17,194 nt of DNA from the NCBI RefSeq assembly GCF_006345805.1, contig NW_021824938.1, forward strand, positions 1-17,194. Reading direction: 5' to 3'. Shown one piece after another: positions 9,586 to 17,194 of the stretch. Position 1 is the stretch's first letter. Each line of letters starts with the position of its first letter. The translations under genes and the position numbers were made by a program. Origin of the DNA: Octopus sinensis. Lineage: Eukaryota. The notes under the pieces were generated by a model. It had not been told where the DNA came from. It worked only from the letters and a program-made list of their open reading frames with translations, and ran no database searches.

Positions 9586-9592
9586 TTATTAT

Positions 9593-9653
<61 letters not shown>

Positions 9654-9716
9654 TGTAGTAGTAGTCTTCTTTACTAGATATTTTTGTAGTCAAAATATTA
9701 TTATTATTATTATTAT

Positions 9717-9792
<76 letters not shown>

Positions 9793-9793
9793 C
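9576..9793. repeat. Twice-repeated (ATT)n-ATGAG-(TAG)n compound microsatellite
   Basis: The same junction tattatgagtagtag occurs at ~9590-9604 and ~9713-9727. Confidence 0.9.
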
Positions 9794-9799
9794 ATGCAA

Positions 9800-10530
9800 T
9801 AATTATCTAGTCACATAAAACTCTGCAGAGCTCTATAGTCGAAGTAAATATAACCTTTCTGTGTCATATTTTGAATGATGTAATCTAAAAGCAATCATTA
9901 TTTTTTTTTTTTCGTTTCTTTCCCTATTGAGTCTTGCTAATTCACATGGCGTCCACTTGGAAATATTATAACTATGTCGTATTATTGTGACATCTAAAGT
10001 ATTGATATGATGCCAATTTTATTCCACTGATTTGTTTTATTATTTCTTATTTCTTCATTTATTTATTTATTTTGCCATTTAGCTCCGTCTGAAGTAGTAA
10101 TCTAAAGTTTCTACGATATCCTTCAATACCATTTATTATATTTTTCCTTTTTATATATACTGATGTCTAGTTCATTAATTCTTAAGTATTTGTATGTCTG
10201 TGTTTGGTATATTTCTCTTATCTCAGTTTCTTTACCAAGTATGATATTAGTGTATTTTTATTAACTTTCCTCTCTTTAAGTTTGTCTTATCACATATTTC
10301 TAAATCTAATTTATTTCATAATAATTCTTTTGATGAATCTGTGTACTGTCTGTAATATCGTTTCTAGCTGCTTATCATACGATTTGAGGTCATCCATACA
10401 GAAAAGGTTGGCTGAATATCCTCGCAGTATCATTTTGTAATGGTCTTGTTTAGCACAATATTTAAATGCATTAACGCCAAGCCAGGAAAAGGAATGACAA
10501 TAAAGAAACCTGTTGGAATGTTTCTTTTCT
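9800..10530 (-). pseudogene. Decayed R4/Dong reverse transcriptase (GIFQGD-equivalent motif through post-RT region)
   Basis: Minus strand, with frameshifts: RKETFQQVSLLSFLF / LALMHLNIVLNKT ... NLFCMDDLKSYDKQLETILQTVHRF (CMDDLK at 10383-10400) ... KRGKL ... QTYKYLRINE ... LLLQTELNGK ... INTLDVTIIRHSYNISKWTPCELARLNR ... RLHHSKYDTERLY. Confidence 0.8.
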
Positions 10531-11553
10531 TATTGCTTTATTGCCCGCAAGGGGCTGAACATAGAGGGGACAAACAAGGACAGGCAAAGGGACCTCGGCG
10601 GAATTTGAACTCAGAACGTAGCGGCAAACGAAATTCCGCTATGCATTTCGCCCGGCGTGCTAACGTTTCTTATTTCTTTATTGCCCACAAGGGGCTAAAC
10701 ATAGAAGAGACAAACGAAGACAGACAAAGGGATTAAGTCGATTACATCGACCCCAGTGCGTAACTGGTACTTAATTTATCGACCACGAAAGGATGAAAGA
10801 CAAAGCCGACCTCGATGGAATCTGAACTCAGAACGTAACGGCAAACGAAATTCCGCTATGCATTTCGCCCGGCGTACTAACGTTTCTTATTTCTTTATTG
10901 CCCACAAGGGGCTAAACATAGAGGAGACAAACGAAGACAGACAAAGGGATTAGGTCGATTACATCGACCCCAGTGCGTCGCTGGTACTTTATTTATCGAC
11001 CCCGAAAGGATGAAAGACAAAGCCGACCTCGGTGGAATCTGAACTCAGAACGTAAAGGCAAACGAAATTCCGCTATGCATTTCGCCCGGCGTGCTAACGT
11101 TTCTTATTTCTTTATTGCCCACAAGGGGCTAAACATAGAGGAGACAAACGAAGACAGACAAAGGGATTAAGTCGATTACATCGACCTCAGTGAGTAACTG
11201 GTACTTAATTTATCGACCTCGAAAGGATGAAAGACAAAGTGAACCTCGGCGGAATTTGAACTCAGAACGTAACGGCAGACGCAATTCCGCTAAGCATTTC
11301 GCCCGGCGTGCTAACGTTTCTTATTTCTTTATTGCCCACATGGGGCTAAACATACAGGGGACAAACAAGGACAGACAAACGGATTAAGCTGTTTACATCG
11401 ACCCCAGTGCGTAACTGGCACTTAATTTATCGACCCCCGAAAAGATAAAAAGCGAAGTCGACCTCGGCGGAATTTGAACTCAGGATGTAAAGACAGACGA
11501 AATACTGCTAAGCATTTCACCCAGCGTGCTAACGTTTCTGACAGCTCGCCGCC
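10531..11553 (-). mobile_element. Head-to-tail pentamer of family-1 SINE (217-bp period) flanked by a ~20-22-bp TSD
   Basis: Units are 10531-10670 (77-nt internal deletion), 10671-10887, 10888-11104, 11105-11321 and 11322-11553 (the only unit with a complete head). The direct repeat cctgttggaatgtttcttttct lies at 10509-10530 and 11552-11573. Confidence 0.93.
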
Positions 11554-11680
11554 TGTTGGAATGTTTCTTTTCTGCGAAAGAATCCATTTTCATAAGTGAC
11601 TGCTTGGTTTCTATCTTCAGGTTTGTTTTCTCGATTTTCATGATGTGGTTGAATTACCGGCTTTACTGATACTACCTTGC
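11554..11680 (-). pseudogene. Continuation of the decayed R4/Dong RT upstream of the SINE array
   Basis: Minus strand FNHIMKIEKTNLKIETKQSLMKMDSF leads into the RKETFQ (RRGIFQ-equivalent) motif duplicated as the TSD. It resembles R4/Dong MKxWKTxL. Confidence 0.6.
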
Positions 11681-11699
11681 TCATAGCTAACAGATTTAG

Positions 11700-12095
11700 A
11701 ACTCAGGTGTGGAGAACATTGACAAAAGCTTCTGCAATGCTCAAATGTTCTATCTAACGACAAGGACTTCGAAGCATTTCCGCAAGTTAAAACTATATCG
11801 GTGATGCGAAACCTCAACCGCTAGATAATTGCTCAGACACTACGAGTGAAACACAACAGTTTTACGTGATCGATCAATTAAGCAACAATTCAGCGTGAAG
11901 CTATGGAGTGATGTTGCTTCCTAGAATGTTCCTTCTTGTACCCTATAAAAGACGGCTTTGTCGCTCAATTAATCGCAAAGTGTTGAAAGCAACTGAGAGA
12001 TATGCGCCTTCACTTTTGCCATCAGACGGTTACACACATTTACGCAGACGATCGAGTGCAGACGACCAAATGCTGACGGCTGAGTGCTGACGCTC
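11700..12095. other. Unassigned ~400-bp segment with TATA-like ctataaaag, interrupting the R4/Dong relic
   Basis: More GC/CpG-rich than its flanks, with no R4-like translation seen. tataaaa at 11944-11950 and tgctgacg twice (12071, 12085). Confidence 0.35.
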
Positions 12096-14100
12096 AAGGT
12101 AACTTTCTATAATTTCAGAGCAGCCTGTCTCTCTCCCAGTCAGCAAATGCTGTTCATTGTAAATAACCAACACCAAATATTTTTATGTCTGACAATAAAT
12201 ATTTCGGTTAAATATTCGTGGGTTTGCTTCAGTCATTATTCAAGCAGTGTACGAAATATATCTTCATTAACCAACTCAAATCAAGCGACAGATAACCTCG
12301 AGGCAAATTCTTTTAGGCAATCATTTTTTTTTTTTTCGATATTATTGTGGTTAACGTTTTATGCTTTAAGCAAGCGGTTTCGGGTTCGTATCTTCTTTTC
12401 TACTTTTGGTGATGAAGGTGACTTCTACCAACAGTGGACCATTCAGTATTTATGCATTCATTTTGTGCTGGCTTCTTCTAAGTGTGCTTTAAAATAATTT
12501 AACCCGAAAATTGTTGTTTTATAATTTATGAGTAGCTGTTAGTTGTTTGTTTGCGTAGCATCTGAGCTACCTTTTGTAGCCTCAGACCTGAGCAATTATT
12601 CAAGTGTTGCACTTGTTATTTCAAATAATCTTGTTTGTGTAATTCCTATTTCTTTACTACCCACAAGGGGCTAAACACAGAGGGGCAAACGGATTAAGTC
12701 GATTATATCAACCCCAGTGCGTAACTGGTACCTATTTAATTGACCCCGAAAGGATGAAAGGCAAAGTCGACCTCGGCGGAATTTGAACTCAGAACATAAC
12801 GGCAGACAAAATACCTATTTCTTTACTACCCACAGAGAGGACAAACAAGGACAGACAAACGGATTAAGCCGATTACATCGACTCTAGTGCATAACTGGTA
12901 CTTCTTTAATCGACCCCGAAAGGAAGTCGACCTCGGCGGAATTTGAACTCAGCTCGTAGCGGCAGGCAAAATACCGCTAAGCATTTCGCCCGACGTGCTA
13001 ACGTTTCTGCCTGCTCGCCGCCTTTCCTTTGTGTAATTCCTTCACCTACCTTACTTCTTCCCAGAATTCCTAAATTTCTCTTGCAATTTGTGCTACATTG
13101 GTTTTTGCTGTATTGTTTTAAGTTGAAGTCTAATCAGATGGTTTTCTCATACAGTTTTGGCAGCATTTGTAAATTTACCAAACCTTCTTTGATAATGATA
13201 ACCGTATATACATGACAATTTAAAAGAGACCTGGACATATCAGACGCGCCCTATTTCAGTAGTGTAATTCACGAAAATGTTTAATGTATTAAAGTTTATC
13301 TGAGAACCAATTCTGCATATAGAACCAGGGAGACCTTTTTTGTGATTTTTTTTTGTGTGTGTGAAGCGGGGTAAATAAGATCGTTCTACAAGTCATCGAG
13401 TACGGTACTTTTTATTTTGGCGGTCTGTGTTATTTTGAAGTACTTGTTTACAATCTTTCCTCACATTCATTTCCTCTTGTTAGTGATTTCATTAAAAATC
13501 GAATGATCTTTTCTTATATTTTTTGTCTTTCGATCTATTCGATTTTTTTACGCTGTTTTCTTTATTTTCATATTCCTCCATGGATAGATCTGAAGAAGAA
13601 TCTGTATTATTTTATATTTTCTAGCTATATTGGTTGTCAAATCTTTTTCTATACTGTTAGTCAAATCTTGTTTCTTCAATTCTTCGGTGACCATATTTTT
13701 TTCTTCTCATTGCTGTTGCTATTTTAACATCCGTTCATTTGTCTCAAAAAATACATCCTATCTCTTTTAATTATTTACATCTTTAAATTGTAATCACATT
13801 CGTTATTTCCAATCTTCAAATTTTCAATTCTAAAATCATTCACCTATTCATTTTTATCCATATATTCGCTTCTGTTGTTCTAGTTTGGTTGTTGTTGTTG
13901 TTGTTCATTATTCCAAACATCAGCTCTAATTTTTCTATTAATTATTTGTTTTGTTTGTTTAGCACGTGCTATAATTATCTTTTGGGTTTAAATTCTTAGT
14001 TTTAAACTTAAATGTTGTTTTTATTTTAGTTACTTGTATATTTTGTGTTTGAGTTTTTTTTCTTTTTCGCCATCCGTATTTTCATTACGTAAACAAGTGA
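12096..14100 (-). pseudogene. Possible highly decayed 5' half of the same R4/Dong element
   Basis: The minus strand is strongly A/purine-skewed. It has a faint NYR(P) motif at ~12100-12112 and IIAQV*GYKR*LRCYANKQ...*NNNFRV.KLF*STL at ~12490-12600, recalling R4 pre-RT LxRY...QNxxF...FYxxL. The sequence reads continuously across the SINE dimer once one TSD is removed. Weak, by-eye alignment only. Confidence 0.4.
12648..13024 (-). mobile_element. Head-to-tail dimer of family-1 SINE flanked by a 14-bp TSD
   Basis: Unit 12648-~12815 has its head truncated at aaatacc. Unit ~12816-13024 has a complete head. The direct repeat tttgtgtaattcct lies at 12634-12647 and 13028-13041. Confidence 0.9.
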
Positions 14101-14390
14101 TTAGAATTCTATTTCTATGCTTGGAATCGTATTCATTTAAACAATCTGTTTTTTCTTAAATTACCTAATCTAACAGGATTCAAAGTTTACTTTCCAGATA
14201 TTATATGTGGATGTTCAGTCATTTCATTTAAATGTTGCGTGTAGCTGTAAATTACTTATGTAACATAGAAACTTATTCTCTTATGTCCATTAATACCGTT
14301 TCTGGTACTAAGGATAACTGTAGAAATAATGTCTTCCCTACTTTGTGAGTCAACTTAGTACTAGAAATGATGTAATCGACTAATAATAAA

Positions 14391-14968
14391 TGCCCTGATG
14401 TAGTACGCGGCAGTAGCTCTCATGGCTTCTGCTCTTAACTGATTGGAAGTGTTATCATGTACATTGTTTTGTCTTAGTATAAAAGATGGGCTACAGCAAA
14501 TATTCTGCTCAATACCACAGGTTTGCTTGTCAGTTGTTTGACCTTAACCAGATGAGAATATCCCTTAGTGGCTGACGATAAGTGCATCTCTGATTACGAG
14601 CAGAAGTAGTGGGGGAGCATCATAGCCATGTGTTGAGAGGGATTCTTTGGAGTTTGAATAATTCACCTCAGGAAACATGGGTGTTCGTTCAACATCCTTA
14701 AATAATCCTTATTCAGGGAGTTTTGAGCAGGATGTGCTACTCTACCAGAAGAAAATTCTAACTGAGACCCATCTGCAAGGTTATGTGCTGTTTATCTTGA
14801 TATGAGATCACCATGTCGCGCACATATGGTTGTGATGCATAGTGTACCCTTATCAGGTAGTGTACCCTTATATTGTGCCCTTATCAGACGGGGAGTTACG
14901 TTGGGTATACTGGGCTTCGTATATTTTACCCAAGTGTCACTTTGATGGCATACACTGCTATCTCACTC
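14391..14968 (+). mobile_element. ORF-less interspersed element embedded in (AAT)n, copy 2 (longer 5' end)
   Basis: Preceded by taataataaa, starts tgccctgatg, colinear with 984-1514 and ends ctcactc-(AAT)n. It contains a local triplication of gtgtacccttat at ~14842-14885. Confidence 0.8.
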
Positions 14969-15025
<57 letters not shown>

Positions 15026-15123
15026 GATAATGATAATGATGATAGTAATAATGATAATAATAATAATGATGATGATAATAATAATAATAATAATAATGAT
15101 AATAATAATGATAATAATAATAA
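14969..15123 (+). repeat. (AAT)n/(GATAAT)n microsatellite
   Basis: Direct reading. Confidence 0.95.
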
Positions 15124-15600
15124 ACTGGTACAGGTGTCTGCTAACACCTCAAATTTTACTAGGAGATCAATGAAGAACTGGAACAGAAAATTAACTTCAT
15201 GTGGCAAATTTTAATGAGGATTAACATCAGAAGAGGCATATTTCAGGGAGATAGCCTATCACTATTGCTGTTTATGATTTGTATGATACCCCTAACGCAG
15301 ACACTACATAAAGTGACATTGGGGTACACGTTTAAAGTGGTAGAAAATTAAATTCTCTGTTATATATGGGTGACTTAAAGATCTTTGGTAAGACCGAACG
15401 TGAAATAAATGGCCTAGTTTCAACAGTGCAGATATTCGGTAAGGATAAGGGAATTGAATTGGGGACAAAAAATGTGGTATGCTTATTATATAAAAAGAGA
15501 AAGTAGTGTCGTTTGATGGTGTATAACTACCTAACAATAAAACATCAAGGATACTGAAACTGATGGATATAAGTGAGAAAACTTATGGATACATGTGAAA
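15124..15600 (+). pseudogene. R4/Dong-clade RT fragment, inactive
   Basis: KLVQVSANTSNFTRRSMKNWNRKLTSCG / INIRRGIFQGDSLSLLLFMICMIPLTQTLHKVTLGYTFK / GRKLNSLLYMGDLKIFGKTEREINGLVSTVQIFGKDKGIE. The catalytic YMDD reads YMGD, and there are frameshifts. Confidence 0.9.
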
Positions 15601-15631
15601 AAACAAAATATTATTAGCCAAGGAACCATAT

Positions 15632-15849
15632 TACTCTTTTGCTTGTTTCAGTCATTTGACTGCGGCCATGCTGGAGCACCGCCCTTAGTCGAGCAAATCG
15701 ACCCCGGGACTTATTCTTTGTAAGCCCAGTACTTATCTATCGGTCTCTTTTGCCGAACCGCTAAGTGAAGGGGACGTAAACACACCAGCATCGGTTGTCA
15801 AGCAATGCTAGTGGGACAAACACAGACAACACAAACATATACACACACA

Positions 15850-15882
<33 letters not shown>

Positions 15883-16038
15883 GACAGGCTTCTTTCAGTT
15901 TCCATCTACCAAATCCACTCACGAGGCATTGGTCGGCCTGGGGCTATAGCAGAAGACACCTGCCCAAGATGCCACGCAGTGGGACTGAACCCGGAACCAT
16001 GTGGTTGGTTAGCAAGCTACTTACCACACAGCCACTCC
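15632..16038 (-). mobile_element. tRNA/CORE-type SINE, family 2, second near-full copy
   Basis: Colinear with 4448-4886, including the internal (CA)/(TA)n tract (~15820-15880). It lacks ~7 nt at the 5' end. Confidence 0.9.
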
Positions 16039-16617
16039 TTTTTATTTCTTTATTATTTTTTTTTTGTCAAATGTGGGAAACAATTAAAGGCATGTTTCAG
16101 CACGATTACAGTCTCATCAGTGAATAAAAACGTAACTGTATTTGCAGAAGTATCGATCAGAGAGTTAGTTATTCAGTATTGTTAGAAAAAATTGTAAACT
16201 GGTTAGCATCGGAAAATAAATTTCTTTAAAGAACAAATCATTAATATTTGTGCATCCACATTTTAACAATGCTTTAAGAGTGTTAACGTATTAAACACGT
16301 GGAGTATTAAAAGCAGCGGAACATATTTCAGATTTATTTATATTGCAAATGAAAGATGTCAGCAGTTTCAACGAAAACTGTTTGCTACTTTGATTGATTA
16401 GGCAATTTTTCATATTATCTATTTGTTAATTTAAGCAGAATACATAGAATATTCCTAAAAAAATAAATCAATGGAACGACTCAAATACGATGCCCGAGGA
16501 ATTTAGAGTTGTTTAGTATTTCTTGAATTTTGTCATTTTTTTCTAAAACTTTTTGGTTTCGCTTCCTTAATTCCTTGTATGTTTTCCTCTCTTTTTGCCA
16601 AACATATTGCTTAATAT

Positions 16618-16970
16618 ATGGTTGCGTATGTATTTGCGTGTGTATGTGTTAAAGTGTGAGTGTGTTTGTGTGTGAGTCTGTGTGTGTATGTGTGTGAGTC
16701 TGTTTGTGTGTGTATGTGTGTGAGCCTGTTTGTGTGTGTGCGTGAATGTGTTTGAGTGAGTGTCTGTGTGTGTATGTGTGTGCACATATACACAACGGTA
16801 CATACGGGTTTATATTCACACACACGCACACATGTAGACACATATATATAGATATACAGACACACACATACACACACTCACACACACTCATGCAAACAAC
16901 ACAGACTCATATATATATATATATATACATATATATTTTGTTACATACGTATATGCATATGGTGTATATA

Positions 16971-17001
<31 letters not shown>

Positions 17002-17044
17002 CATATATATATATATATATACACAACATATATATAAAATATAG

Positions 17045-17083
<39 letters not shown>

Positions 17084-17194
17084 TATATATATGTATGTAC
17101 CTATGATGTATGTATACACACATACACTCACGTACATATATACATTACACAATAATTATATTGTGTGTGGGGTGTGTGTGTACGTGTGCGTGTG
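16618..17194. repeat. Degenerate (TG)n/(CA)n/(TA)n low-complexity region
   Basis: Direct reading. Source of the THTH/YIYI ORFs. Confidence 0.9.

Noticed and set aside
9180-9677. 165-aa and 137-aa (12084-12497) plus-strand ORFs as membrane proteins
   Set aside because: They are antisense to A-rich R4/Dong relic sequence, so the hydrophobic composition is a T-rich strand artefact.
10440-11387. Repeated 65-aa ORFs resembling a tandem gene family or CRISPR-like array
   Set aside because: They are antisense translations of the 217-bp SINE units. There are no unique spacers and no cas genes, and the context is eukaryotic.

Overview
AT-rich eukaryotic (animal) non-coding DNA, almost certainly an intron or intergenic stretch. 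The SINE types and extreme microsatellite load resemble an octopod cephalopod (Octopus sp.); this assignment is recalled, not searched. No intact host protein-coding gene, rRNA, genuine tRNA or CRISPR is supportable, and most ORFs in the supplied track are microsatellite or SINE read-through artefacts. The window is a stack of retroelement debris. (i) At least seven fragments of R4/Dong-clade RLE non-LTR retrotransposons from several families; most abut (AAT)n tracts on their sense strand, and one may be a heavily decayed near-full-length copy (~9.1-14.1 kb, minus). (ii) Two copies of a ~580-bp ORF-less element, also embedded in (AAT)n tracts, a candidate non-autonomous partner. (iii) Two tRNA-derived SINE families: one forms a TSD-flanked 5-mer and a TSD-flanked dimer, and the other carries an internal (TA)n(TG)n microsatellite. 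(iv) 3' fragments of CR1/L2-like and RTE LINEs. (v) A ~280-bp foldback element. (vi) Many compound microsatellites.
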